Positions 55,221 through 64,000 are shown, counted from the stretch's first letter. The stretch is DNA of 64,000 bases from Desulfohalobiaceae bacterium (GCA_046546355.1 JBKGXZ010000001.1:46787-110786), one strand, 5' to 3'. The notes: generated from the sequence alone by a model not told the origin. A program made the numbers and translations.

Positions 55221-57896
55221 CTAGAAGAACTGGCCCACCGTGAACTCAAACCTGCCGTTGTTGCCCTTGAGATCGTCCAGGGGATAGCCGTATTCCAGGC
55301 GCAGGGGGCCCAGGGGAGAATTCCATCTGATCCCGGCGCCTACGCTCTTGTAGAATTCGAATTCCGGGCTCTCGTCCTTGCCCCAGACATCACCTGCGTC
55401 AAAGAAGACCACTCCCAGAAGGCCTAGGTCCTCGGCCAAGGGAAAGACCAGCTCCAAGTTGTTGAAGAAGGACTTGTAGCCGCCGACCTCCCTGCCCTCT
55501 TGGTCGTAGGAGGAAATGTCCTGGTATTCATAGCCCCGCACACTGCGGATGCCGCCCTGGTAGAACCTCTCGTGGTCTGGAATCCTTTCATCCGTGTTCT
55601 CCAGCAAATGGCCCAGCTCAAAATGCCAATGCAAGACTAGCTTCCAGAACAAGGTCTTGTAGTAGCTGTTCTCCAGCTTGGTCTTTATGAAGTTGTCGTC
55701 TCCGCCCAAGGGTCCTCCAGAGTTCTCCAGGGAGACTTCGCTCCTGTTGCCCTTGGTGGGAGCAAAGCTGCGGTCAGTGGTGTTGCGGATAGCCTTGACC
55801 TCCACTGAGCTGGACCAGTTTTCGCCTTCGATATCCTTTATCTGCCGGCTGGCATCATCATCCACGTCCTCTATGGTATACTGCTCCAGCTCGTAGTTCC
55901 AGTGCAGCCTGGTATAGCTGCCGATGCTGTAGGCAAACTTGGCCCTGCCCCCGGTGCGGTCCAGGTCATAAGTATTATATTCCCTGGAGGTGCTGTAGGC
56001 ATCAAGGCCTGCGCCCAGACGAGAGTCGCGTACATGGGGGTTCCAGAAGCTGAGCTGATAGTTTGTGCTCTTGCTGCTGATGCTGCCCTTGAAGCCCAGG
56101 GTGTAGCCCTTGCCCAGGAAGTTGTCCTCCTGGATCTGGCCGGTGAAGAACACGTTGTCGATGCTGGAGTATCCTGCCCCCAGGCTGAAGGAGCCGGTGG
56201 GCTGTTCCTCCACCTGGACCTTGAGGTCCATCTGGTCCTGATTTTGGGTGGGTACTGTCTCGATGTCCACATCCTCGAAATAGTCCAGCCTCTGCAGGCG
56301 CTCCCTGGACTGAGTCAAGGCCTGACCCTGGAATTGATCACCCTCTGCCAGGAGCATCTCCCTGCGGATGACATTGTCCCTGGTCTTGTGGTTGCCGGAG
56401 AGCTCCAGCCTGCGGACAAACACCTTCTGCTGTTTGCGCAGGTCATAGGTCACATCCAGAATCCTGGCCTCGGAGTCCTTCTGCAGATCCACCCCGACCT
56501 CGGCAAAAGCGTAACCCTTATTGGCGAAGTAGTCCTCCAGGCTCTGCTGGTCTTTTTGCAGAATGGAGCGGTCGAAGTAGTCCTCCTGGTCAGCGAGGCT
56601 GTCCAGCTGGATAGCCTCGTACAATTTGTTTTCGTCATCGATTATGTCCCCGCTGAAGTCCACCTGGCCCACTTTGTACCTGGGCCCCTCCTGGACCTGG
56701 AAGATGATCTTGATGCCGTCCTCGATATATTCCACCTGGGGCTGGCCCACCTGGGCATCCACAAAGCCCTGGTCCATATAATAGGCCTCCAGGGCGGCAG
56801 CGTCCCGATCCAAAAGCTCCTCCTGCAACACCCCGCTGTCTGTGATCCAGGAGAACCAGCCCCTTTCCTTGAGGGCCAGCTGCTTCTTGAGTTCTCCGGA
56901 ACTTATTTCTTCTGCGCCCTGGATGCTTATTTCCCGGATATACTGCTTCTGGTTTTCCTGCAGCTGAATAATCAGATCCACCTGGCCGGGCTCGGTCGGC
57001 TCCTGTGTATAGTCAGCTTCAGCCTGAGAGTAGCCCTCCCCCCGGTACAGCTCCCGGATCCTCTCCAGATCCTCTTTGACCAGGCGAGGGTTGAGCATGT
57101 CTCCGCTTTCCAGCTGCATAGACTCCCGGATTTCATCCTCCTTGAGCTCCTCAGCGCCCTGGATTTTGATGTTCTGGATCAAGGGCCTCTCCTGGACTTC
57201 GAAGATCACCAGCTGTCCTTCTGGGGTCTGCTCAGCCTGGACCTCGATATCCTGGAAAAAACCTGAATCAAACAGGCGCTGCATTTCCTGGCTCAGCTGT
57301 TGCCGATCAAAGCTGTCTCCGGCGCGCAGCTCCAGCCTGCTGAGCACAGCCTCCCGGTCCAGGTATTCGTTGCCCTGGACCTCGATCTCGGCGATGCGCT
57401 CCTCTGCCAGCAGGCTGTCCTGGACCTCCGTGGCCAGCTCCTGCAGGCCCTGGTCCAGCTCCTGCAGGCTATAGCCGCTGACAAAAATGGGCCTGGTCAG
57501 ATCCAGCTGTTCTGAATCCACCAGACGCGCGTCCAGGCTTAGCTGCTGGCCCACTTGATTGACGTTGCCGTACACGGCAAAGTCCGCTCCAGCCTCCTGG
57601 GCCAGGTCCTGGGCGGTTTGCAGATCCAGCTCCCGGATGTCTTCCTGTTCCAGCAGCTTTCGGGTGTCCTGCAGGGGGATCACCTGCAGCCCGAGCTGCT
57701 CTAGTTCGCGGTGTAAAAGTTCCTGGGGCTCCAGATCCTGTTCTTGGAGATCGGCGTTGCTGCCCCAGGGCAAAACCAGGATTTGCCGTCCGGATTCAGC
57801 CTGGGCCTGGGCCAGGCTTGGGCCCAGGAGACAGAGCAGCAAAGCGAGCCAGAACATGCACTGTCCACTCAAGGTAGTAGTCTTACGGGCAGGCAT
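55221..57896 (-). CDS. bamA: outer membrane protein assembly factor BamA (with extra N-terminal domain)
   Basis: 891 aa. Signal peptide, POTRA repeats starting around residue 167 (RIAEIEVQGNEYL), a C-terminal Omp85 barrel ending ...GRFEFTVGQFF. Confidence 0.9.
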   Translation of the reverse strand: MPARKTTTLSGQCMFWLALLLCLLGPSLAQAQAESGRQILVLPWGSNADLQEQDLEPQELLHRELEQLGLQVIPLQDTRKLLEQEDIRELDLQTAQDLAQEAGADFAVYGNVNQVGQQLSLDARLVDSEQLDLTRPIFVSGYSLQELDQGLQELATEVQDSLLAEERIAEIEVQGNEYLDREAVLSRLELRAGDSFDRQQLSQEMQRLFDSGFFQDIEVQAEQTPEGQLVIFEVQERPLIQNIKIQGAEELKEDEIRESMQLESGDMLNPRLVKEDLERIRELYRGEGYSQAEADYTQEPTEPGQVDLIIQLQENQKQYIREISIQGAEEISSGELKKQLALKERGWFSWITDSGVLQEELLDRDAAALEAYYMDQGFVDAQVGQPQVEYIEDGIKIIFQVQEGPRYKVGQVDFSGDIIDDENKLYEAIQLDSLADQEDYFDRSILQKDQQSLEDYFANKGYAFAEVGVDLQKDSEARILDVTYDLRKQQKVFVRRLELSGNHKTRDNVIRREMLLAEGDQFQGQALTQSRERLQRLDYFEDVDIETVPTQNQDQMDLKVQVEEQPTGSFSLGAGYSSIDNVFFTGQIQEDNFLGKGYTLGFKGSISSKSTNYQLSFWNPHVRDSRLGAGLDAYSTSREYNTYDLDRTGGRAKFAYSIGSYTRLHWNYELEQYTIEDVDDDASRQIKDIEGENWSSSVEVKAIRNTTDRSFAPTKGNRSEVSLENSGGPLGGDDNFIKTKLENSYYKTLFWKLVLHWHFELGHLLENTDERIPDHERFYQGGIRSVRGYEYQDISSYDQEGREVGGYKSFFNNLELVFPLAEDLGLLGVVFFDAGDVWGKDESPEFEFYKSVGAGIRWNSPLGPLRLEYGYPLDDLKGNNGRFEFTVGQFF

Positions 57897-58569
57897 AGAG
57901 CCTCCCGTTTTGGATCTGCATGCAAGTTTGCATTTTTTCTGCTAGCTCCAGATTGTGGGTCACCAGGACTAAGGTGGTCCCCAGTTTTTGATTCAGCTCA
58001 GCCAGGAGATCCCCCACCCGGGACCAGTTGCCTGGATCCAGGTTGCCTGTAGGCTCATCCGCCAGGATGACCTCAGGATCCAGGGCTGTAGCTCTGGCTA
58101 TAGCAGCCAGCTGTCTTTCTCCCCCGGAGAGGGTGGTGACGTTCCTGTGCGCCTTGTCTCCCAGGCCCACCATTTGCAGCTTGGTCCTGGCCAACTCCAG
58201 GGCCCTGGCCCTGGGTTCCCCTGCTATCCAGGCAGGCATGGCCACGTTCTCCTGGGTGCTGAACTCAGGCAGGAGGTGATGGAACTGGAAAACAAAGCCG
58301 ATGCTTCGGCCTCTCAGGGCAGCCTTACTCTTGGGATCCAGGTCTGCGATATCTCGGCCCTGGAAGAGGATTTTGCCCCGGGACGGACGATCTATAGCCC
58401 CCATTATTTGCAGCAACGTGGTCTTGCCTGATCCGGAGGCACCTACAATAGCCAAGGATTCGCCCTTTTGCACCACCAGATGGATGTCCTCCAGGATGCA
58501 AAGGGTCTCCACTGGAGTTCTTACATATTTGTCCACTTGCAGCAACTCAAATAAGGGGCTGCTACTCAT
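57883..58569 (-). CDS. lolD: lipoprotein-releasing ABC transporter ATP-binding protein (LolD-like)
   Basis: Walker A GASGSGKTT, signature LSGGERQ and Walker B ILADEPTGNLD. The start is set at ATG 58569, overlapping the permease stop by 8 nt. Confidence 0.85.
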   Translation of the reverse strand: MSSSPLFELLQVDKYVRTPVETLCILEDIHLVVQKGESLAIVGASGSGKTTLLQIMGAIDRPSRGKILFQGRDIADLDPKSKAALRGRSIGFVFQFHHLLPEFSTQENVAMPAWIAGEPRARALELARTKLQMVGLGDKAHRNVTTLSGGERQLAAIARATALDPEVILADEPTGNLDPGNWSRVGDLLAELNQKLGTTLVLVTHNLELAEKMQTCMQIQNGRLYACP

Positions 58570-59800
58570 AGCGCAATACCTCTGCCGGCTCCAGGGCAGC
58601 TGCCTGCCTGGCAGGATAGATGGTGGCCAGAAAGCAAAGTACCAGGGCTGCCACTGCAATAAGCATGAGATCCAAGGATTCCAGACGAACAGGCAGGTGA
58701 TCCATGTAATAGATATCCTGGGGCAGGCTTATGAACTGGTATTCACTGAGCAGATAACTGGCTCCCAGGCCCAGCCCAAAACCCAGGGCGGTGCCCAGGA
58801 CCCCGATGATGCTGCCCTGGAGCATAAAGATGCGCCGGATGCTTTCCCGGGTGGCACCCAGGGACATGAGCACCGCGATATCCTGCCTCTTTTCCATAAC
58901 CAGCATGATCAGGGTGGTGACGATGCTGAAGGAGCCCACCAGGACTATCATGGTCAGTATTACCGCCATTGCTGTCTTTTCCAGCTTCAGGGCAGAGAAC
59001 AGGCTGCTGTTCATCTCCATCCAGGTCTGCACAGCCAGGGGCCTGTCCAGCAAAGCGTTTTGGATTTGGCTAGCAATCTCCGGAGCCTGGTAGACATCCT
59101 GCAGCCCCACCTCCAGACCAGTGACCAGATCCTTTTTGAACCCCAGGATATCCTGAGCAGCAGGCAGGGACGTATAGGCCAGGGAGGAGTCGTATTCCTG
59201 CATTCCGGACTCGAAGACCCCGACTACCTTGAAGGCTTTGATTTCCGGGCTGAATCCGGCGGTTCCTGAACGGCCGCTAGGGGTCAGGGCATGGACACTG
59301 CTGCCGGTCTCAAGCCCTAGACGGGAAGCCAGTGCCCTGCCCAGGATAATACCCGGGGCCTCCTGATCCTTTCGGTTCTCCAGGTCCTGCAGCGAGCCTT
59401 GGAGCATCATGTCCTGCAGCCCCAGCACCTTTTGCGCAGAGGAGAGGTCTATGCCCCGCAGGGCAGCACCTTTGACTCTTTGGGAGGAGCTGAGCATGAC
59501 CTCGGTGTAGATAAAGGGCATGACTCCTTGTACTTCCTGCATCCTAGAAATCTCTTGCTGGGGATCTTGATAGTCCTGCAGGGCCTGTGCAGTGCTCTGG
59601 ACCATGATATCCGGGGTCATGCCCAGGATCTTGTCTTGCAGATTGTGGCTGAAGCCGTTCATGACCCCCAGGACGATAATCAGGGCGGCCACTCCCAGGG
59701 CCACCCCCAGGATGGACATCAGGGAGATAGCGGAGATGAAGCTGTGCTTGCGCCTGGTGAGCAGATAGCGCAAGGCAATGAAGAACTCTACGCTCCGCAT
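58562..59800 (-). CDS. lipoprotein-releasing ABC transporter permease (LolC/E family)
   Basis: FIALRYL N-terminus, a periplasmic MacB-like domain and a C-terminal FtsX-type four-helix region. ATG 59800 is preferred over TTG 59806. Confidence 0.85.
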   Translation of the reverse strand: MRSVEFFIALRYLLTRRKHSFISAISLMSILGVALGVAALIIVLGVMNGFSHNLQDKILGMTPDIMVQSTAQALQDYQDPQQEISRMQEVQGVMPFIYTEVMLSSSQRVKGAALRGIDLSSAQKVLGLQDMMLQGSLQDLENRKDQEAPGIILGRALASRLGLETGSSVHALTPSGRSGTAGFSPEIKAFKVVGVFESGMQEYDSSLAYTSLPAAQDILGFKKDLVTGLEVGLQDVYQAPEIASQIQNALLDRPLAVQTWMEMNSSLFSALKLEKTAMAVILTMIVLVGSFSIVTTLIMLVMEKRQDIAVLMSLGATRESIRRIFMLQGSIIGVLGTALGFGLGLGASYLLSEYQFISLPQDIYYMDHLPVRLESLDLMLIAVAALVLCFLATIYPARQAAALEPAEVLRYE

Positions 59801-59809
59801 ACTCAAGGT

Positions 59810-61321
59810 TTATTCAGCCAGGCTTTCTGGTTTGAGATGGGGGAAGAGGATGACTTCCCGGATGGAGGGGCTATCAGTGAAGAGCATCACCAGGCGGTCA
59901 ATGCCTATGCCTTCCCCTGCTGCAGGGGGCATGCCATACTCCAGGGCCCTTAAATAGTCCTCGTCCATAAAGTGGCTCTCCTCATCCCCTTGTTCCTTGG
60001 CCTGGACCTGCTCCTGGAAGCGCTGCCTCTGGTCCCTGGGGTCGTTCAGCTCGGAAAAGGCGTTAGCTATCTCCTTGCCTGCCACAAACAGCTCGAACCT
60101 GTCGGTGAGCTCAGGGTGGTCCTGGTTCTTCCTGGAGAGCGGGGAAATCTCCAGGGGATAGTGATAGATAAAATGGGGCTGGATCAGCTTGGGCTCCACC
60201 AAAAGGTCAAAGAGCTTGGCCTGGATCTGGCCCAGGTTGTCATAAATCTGGATATTTTCGCCCTGCTGGCGCAAGAGCTGCTGGGCCTGTTCCCGGTCCT
60301 GGTACTGTTCAGACTCCAGGCCACCCAGCTCCTGCAGGGCCTGATGGAAGGTCATGCGCTTCCACGGCGGGGTGAGGTCTATGCTCTGGCCCTGGTAGCT
60401 AAGCCGCATGCTGCCCAGGATATTATGGGCCAGATAGGCAAGGAGCTCCTGACTCAAGTCCATGAGCTGGTAAAAATCCGCATAGGCCCAGTAAAATTCC
60501 AGCATGGTGAATTCAGGGTTGTGCTGGGTGGAGATGCCCTCGTTGCGAAAGTTGCGGTTGATCTCGTAGACCCTTTCCAGGCCTCCAACCAGGAGTCTCT
60601 TTAAATACAGCTCAGGGGCGATGCGCAGGTAGAGCCGCATGTCCAGAGCGTTGTGATAGGTTACAAAGGGTCTGGCTGTGGCCCCGCCCGGGATGGGCTG
60701 CATCATGGGGGTCTCTACCTCCATGAAGCCCTGCTGGTCCAAAAAAAGCCTGGTCAGGGCCAGGAGTCTGGTCCTGATCCGAAATATATCCTTGACTCTG
60801 GGGGTTACTATCAGGTCTACATACCTTTGCCTGTACCTGGCCTCCACATCCTTAAGGCCGTGGTATTTTTCAGGCAAAGGCCGCAGGGACTTGCTGAGCA
60901 GGCGCACTTCCAGGGCGTTTAGGGTCAGCTCCGAGGTCTTGGTCCTGAACAGGGTGCCCCGGACTCCCAGGATGTCCCCGATATCAAATTTTTTGAACAG
61001 GTTGTAGGCCTCCTGGCCCAGGGTGTTCTTCTGTACGAAGACCTGCAGCTTGCCGCTTTGGTCCTGGAGGTGCAAGAAAGTGACCTTGCCGAAGGAACGC
61101 AGGGCCATGACCCTGCCAGCGATGCAAAACTCCTGCTCCAGCTCCTGCAGCTCAGCATCCTGGCATTCCTGGTAGGCCTGGAGAATATCCTGGATACAAG
61201 TGTCGGGCCGAAAGTCGTTGGGGAAAAGATCGCAGCCCAGATCCTCCAGCTGCCGGGCCTTTTCCCAGCGCTGTTGCATAACCTGACTCTGGCTCTGCGG
61301 CTGCCCTGTTTTCTGGTTCAA
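59810..61321 (-). CDS. lysS: lysine--tRNA ligase (class II)
   Basis: OB-fold anticodon-binding domain and class II motifs (FMEVETPMM, NPEFTMLEFY, GEGIGIDRLVM). The TTG start at 61321 is preceded by GGAGAG with a 6-nt spacer; ATG 61279 is an alternative. Confidence 0.95.
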   Translation of the reverse strand: MNQKTGQPQSQSQVMQQRWEKARQLEDLGCDLFPNDFRPDTCIQDILQAYQECQDAELQELEQEFCIAGRVMALRSFGKVTFLHLQDQSGKLQVFVQKNTLGQEAYNLFKKFDIGDILGVRGTLFRTKTSELTLNALEVRLLSKSLRPLPEKYHGLKDVEARYRQRYVDLIVTPRVKDIFRIRTRLLALTRLFLDQQGFMEVETPMMQPIPGGATARPFVTYHNALDMRLYLRIAPELYLKRLLVGGLERVYEINRNFRNEGISTQHNPEFTMLEFYWAYADFYQLMDLSQELLAYLAHNILGSMRLSYQGQSIDLTPPWKRMTFHQALQELGGLESEQYQDREQAQQLLRQQGENIQIYDNLGQIQAKLFDLLVEPKLIQPHFIYHYPLEISPLSRKNQDHPELTDRFELFVAGKEIANAFSELNDPRDQRQRFQEQVQAKEQGDEESHFMDEDYLRALEYGMPPAAGEGIGIDRLVMLFTDSPSIREVILFPHLKPESLAE

Positions 61322-61484
61322 AGTGCGCTCTCCGTGTGGCTTCTTGCTCAGCTGCGCCTATTATAGGCGCGGGTCACTGGGTTTTAGGAATGCTCTAGTG
61401 GGTATGACATCAGGATGTCCAAATGAATCTGTATAGGTCAAATTCAGAGCAGCGTCAAGACGCACAGTCAGGGGGTCAGGCTGT

Positions 61485-62414
61485 TTAGTCCCGGGGCTGG
61501 TCCAGGTCCCGCAGGCCTCCGCTCTGCTCTGCGTCCCAGGAGGAGCCGTCCTCCAGGGGCTCCACATGGATAATGGTCCTGGTTCTGGGCAGCTCCCTGC
61601 TGATGGCCTCCTCTATCTTGCAGCACAGGTTGTGGGAATGCTGCACAGAATATTCCCCGGGCAGCAGCAAATGGAACTCTACAAACCTGTGGGCCCCTGC
61701 CTTTCTGGTCTTCAGCGCGTGGTACCTGGCTTCATGTCCAGCGATTTCCCGGATCTGGTCCATAATCAGCTGCAGCTCCCTGCCGGGCAGGGAGCTGTCC
61801 AGCAGCCCGGACATAGAACGCCGCAAGAGGGACAGGCCGGTCCAGGTGATGTTGGCTGCCAGCAGGGTGGCCAACAGGGGATCCAGGAACCAGAGCTTCT
61901 CAGGGTTTATCTGCATCAACCCCAGGCTGGCCACCAGCCCCAGGGAGGTCCAGACGTCCGTGAGCAGGTGTCTGGCGTCAGCTTCCAGGGCAATGCTGTC
62001 GTATTCCCGGGCTGCCCTGAGCATTATCCTGGCTGCCGCAAAGTTGATGCCAGCAGCCAGGATAGCGACTATCAGACCCAAATTGATGCTGGTCAATACC
62101 GCCGGGGACAGCATGCGCTGCACAGACATATAGACTATGCCTGCCGCAGCAGACAGGATCAGCAGACCCTCCAGGGCCCCGGCCAGATACTCCAGTTTGC
62201 CGTGGCCAAAGGCATGTTCCCTGTCAGCAGGTTTATAGGCCTGGCTCAAGGTGAACAGCACCAGGATCCCTGCGCTTAAGTTGATCACAGTCTCCAAGGC
62301 ATCAGAGAGCAGTCCCACTGAGTTGGTCAAGAAATAGGCGGAGAATTTGAGGACCAGGGTCAGCAGGGAGGCTATGATGGATAATAGGGCGAATCTGGTG
62401 ATGTGCAGAGTCAA
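61485..62414 (-). CDS. cation diffusion facilitator family transporter
   Basis: Six TM helices with SDALE and HLLTDV metal-site motifs and a C-terminal cytoplasmic domain. TTG start preceded by GGGAGG. Confidence 0.85.
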   Translation of the reverse strand: MTLHITRFALLSIIASLLTLVLKFSAYFLTNSVGLLSDALETVINLSAGILVLFTLSQAYKPADREHAFGHGKLEYLAGALEGLLILSAAAGIVYMSVQRMLSPAVLTSINLGLIVAILAAGINFAAARIMLRAAREYDSIALEADARHLLTDVWTSLGLVASLGLMQINPEKLWFLDPLLATLLAANITWTGLSLLRRSMSGLLDSSLPGRELQLIMDQIREIAGHEARYHALKTRKAGAHRFVEFHLLLPGEYSVQHSHNLCCKIEEAISRELPRTRTIIHVEPLEDGSSWDAEQSGGLRDLDQPRD

Positions 62415-62696
62415 TTATCCTCCCAAAAGGGCTTGTGGGTTTGCTTAGTGCTGGGAAGCAGAGATTGCCAGGGCAGGCCTAATCATGTTAGGTGCTAGCA
62501 AGGGACACAGGTGTTGGCTGTTGGTTCACATTTATCAGGGCCCCGAGCCCATCCAGTGAACTTTGCCCTTTTTAATACGTGAGTTGTGCCCGATGCAGCA
62601 CCAAAAGGGTACCAGACGACCCTGCAAGCGTCAATTTGGCCCGGCAGGGCAATTTTAGAACAACCCTGGCCTGGATAAGGAGGTATAGCCCAGACT

Positions 62697-63257
62697 ATGT
62701 TGCCGGAGATCAAGAGCATTTTAATGGCTACAGATTTTTCCCAGTCCGCATGGAAGGCCATGCAATATGCCGCCGCCCTGGCTAGGGTGCATTCCGCCCG
62801 GGTATTCTGTTTGCATGTCCTGCCTGAGCTGCCCCAGGAGCTGGCTATGAGCGCAGGCTCCAGCGGCTTTTATGACCTGGGACCTGGCCTGGCCGGAGTT
62901 CTGCCCACCAGCAGCTCCTTTTACGAGCAAAGGGCTGAGGGCAGCAGAAAAAAGGAGCAGCAGGCCCAGCAAAGGGCCCAGGAGCTGGCCCGGGACCACC
63001 TCAAGAACCTGATCCTCAAGCTGGATGCCGAAGAGCACAGCAGCACCTTGAAAACCAAGGATACTGCAGTGCGCTCCGGGGACCCGGTGCGCAGCATCCT
63101 ACAGGAGGTGGACAGTGGCAGCTTTGATCTGTTGATCATGGGTCGCAGGGGCCACGGCAAGCTGCGCTGGCCCAGGATTGGCGGGGTGGCCCAAGGCGTG
63201 CTAAGCTACAGCGCCATACCTGTGCTGATAATAGGCAGGCCTGCCAATAAGTCCTGA
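62697..63257 (+). CDS. universal stress protein (UspA family)
   Basis: ILMATDFS N-terminus and a C-terminal ATP-binding-type motif (GRRGHGKL...GGVAQGVLSYSAIPVLII). Confidence 0.8.
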   Translation: MLPEIKSILMATDFSQSAWKAMQYAAALARVHSARVFCLHVLPELPQELAMSAGSSGFYDLGPGLAGVLPTSSSFYEQRAEGSRKKEQQAQQRAQELARDHLKNLILKLDAEEHSSTLKTKDTAVRSGDPVRSILQEVDSGSFDLLIMGRRGHGKLRWPRIGGVAQGVLSYSAIPVLIIGRPANKS

Positions 63258-63280
63258 TCCGGGAGATCAGGACATTTTTA
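63251..63280 (+). terminator. rho-independent terminator of the usp gene
   Basis: Perfect 9-bp stem GTCCTGATC / GATCAGGAC (63251..63259 and 63265..63273) with loop CGGGA, followed by ATTTTTA. The usp stop codon lies inside the 5' arm. Confidence 0.7.
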
Positions 63281-63300
63281 GGCTGCAAGCTTCATCCAGC

Positions 63301-63921
63301 CTAAGACTGGCTCAGCTTGCATAGCTCGAAGTCCTGGCCCCCAAGCTCCGGGTGCACTGCTTGAATCAGCTTTAAGGGGCTGATGTAGTCCTGGCTCCAG
63401 TCCAGGAGCAGACGCAAACAGCAAGGTGAGGTCTGGCGCACCTCAGCCAGCAGAGGCCTCAGGTCCACGTGCCTGGGGCCTTTTTTGCCCTGCAGGCTTA
63501 AGGGGTAGTTACTGGACTGCAGGATGTCTTGCCAGGCCGCAACCAGTCTGGAGCATTTTTCCTGCTGCAGGTTGAAGCCCAGCTCGAACTCCTCCCTGCT
63601 GGCTGGGGCAGGCTTCTTGCCTGGAGGCAATTCCTGGGCCTCTCTGAACTCTAACCCCTGGGGCGCTGTCTGGTTCAGCCTGCAAAGGGTGTCCCGGGGA
63701 TATTCCCTGCTGCGCAGGGCGACACAGAACCATTCCGCCCAGCTGGCCACTCCCACGGGCAGAGCCCGGGGGAAGGAGAGCAAGGGCTTGGGGTGGAACC
63801 CCTGGCTGAAGCTCAGGGGCAGATCCGCCCGGCGCAGGGCCCTTTCCAGACAGCCCTGCAGCTCCAGCTGGCTCAAGTACTTGGCAGGCCCTGTCTTGGT
63901 AAACCAGATGCGCAGCTGCAC
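63301..63921 (-). CDS. TIGR03936/DUF2344-family radical SAM-associated protein
   Basis: Family-typical N-terminus (RIWFTKTGPAKYLSQLELQGCLERALRRADLPLSFSQGFHPKP). GTG start preceded by AAGGAA. Confidence 0.6.
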   Translation of the reverse strand: MQLRIWFTKTGPAKYLSQLELQGCLERALRRADLPLSFSQGFHPKPLLSFPRALPVGVASWAEWFCVALRSREYPRDTLCRLNQTAPQGLEFREAQELPPGKKPAPASREEFELGFNLQQEKCSRLVAAWQDILQSSNYPLSLQGKKGPRHVDLRPLLAEVRQTSPCCLRLLLDWSQDYISPLKLIQAVHPELGGQDFELCKLSQS

Positions 63922-64000
63922 TTCCTTGCTTCCCTGCTCTGAATCCGGTAAATCCAGGCTGGCGCTGTTTTGCTGCTCCTGGTCCCTGCAGCGCTGGTTG

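Noticed and set aside
55902-57266. Very long antisense ORFs inside real genes. Examples are 454 aa opposite bamA (55902..57266), 308 aa opposite lpxK (41787..42713), 279 aa opposite topA (16359..17198), 309 aa opposite hisG/hisI (39159..40088), and 322 aa opposite lolD and the lolC/E permease (58301..59269).
   Set aside because: The genome is extremely rich in CAG (Gln) and CTG (Leu) codons, which are reverse complements of each other, so the antisense frame is depleted in stops. The products are low-complexity (L/Q/H/G/P-rich) with no motifs or RBS, and the sense genes have clear homology-level motifs.
62637-62651. Sigma54-like TGGCCC-GGCAG-GGCA upstream of the usp gene.
   Set aside because: There is no TTGC at the required spacing. 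Only the TGGC half matches.
1-64000. CRISPR arrays, IS elements or transposases, integrases, prophage genes, toxin-antitoxin pairs, restriction-modification or other defence operons, rRNA genes, and in-frame TGA selenocysteine candidates.
   Set aside because: Reading through all ORFs and gaps, I found no repeat-spacer periodicity, no recombinase- or transposase-like proteins, and no split ORFs bridged by a TGA. This is a visual survey only, so short or degenerate elements could have been missed.

Overview
This is a 64-kb chromosomal core segment. It has high G+C (roughly 58-60% by eye) and very CAG/CTG-rich codon usage, and most genes lie on the minus strand. I could not run any searches; all calls rest on protein motifs read from the ORF track and on hand inspection of the DNA. 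The content is almost entirely housekeeping. It includes queA, a four-subunit 2-oxoacid:ferredoxin oxidoreductase, aroE and an MltD-like lytic transglycosylase. A flagellar block runs fliQ-fliP-fliO-fliN-fliM-fliL-motB-motB'-motA, directly downstream of era and yggS. Further genes are topA, serB, an aminotransferase and the tRNA-Val/thrS-infC-rpmI-rplT-pheS-pheT string followed by a small MerR regulator. Then come glgA, comM/yifB, lepB, lepA, an alpha-glucan phosphorylase, hisG-hisI, rlmN and lpxK. A desulfoferrodoxin-rubredoxin operon is present; the rubredoxin is under 60 aa and absent from the supplied ORF track. The remainder comprises mreBCD-mrdA-rodA, a tightly overlapping lysS-lolE-lolD-bamA-skp-lpxD-fabZ-lpxA-lpxI string, a CDF transporter and a universal stress protein. 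Desulfoferrodoxin plus rubredoxin, the ferredoxin oxidoreductase, LpxI and the overall gene order suggest a Desulfovibrionales-type sulfate reducer (inference only). I saw no CRISPR array, transposase, integrase, rRNA or recognisable defence island, and I did not find a convincing novel multi-gene system. The best leads are: (1) a ~340-bp orphan spacer of about one-third G+C between two convergent genes; (2) one MotA followed by two tandem MotB paralogs with a nearly identical channel helix; (3) an uncharacterised third gene behind dfx-rub, plus a Fur-family-like operator over the dfx promoter; (4) a terminator-like hairpin between tRNA-Val and thrS, and a non-AUG (ATA) infC start inside the thrS 3' end; (5) a non-POTRA N-terminal extension on BamA; (6) a B12-type radical SAM gene with no canonical start codon unless it overlaps the upstream TPR lipoprotein gene by 122 nt. 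Several ORF-track starts are over-extended or use GTG/TTG, and I adjusted them where the sequence supports it.
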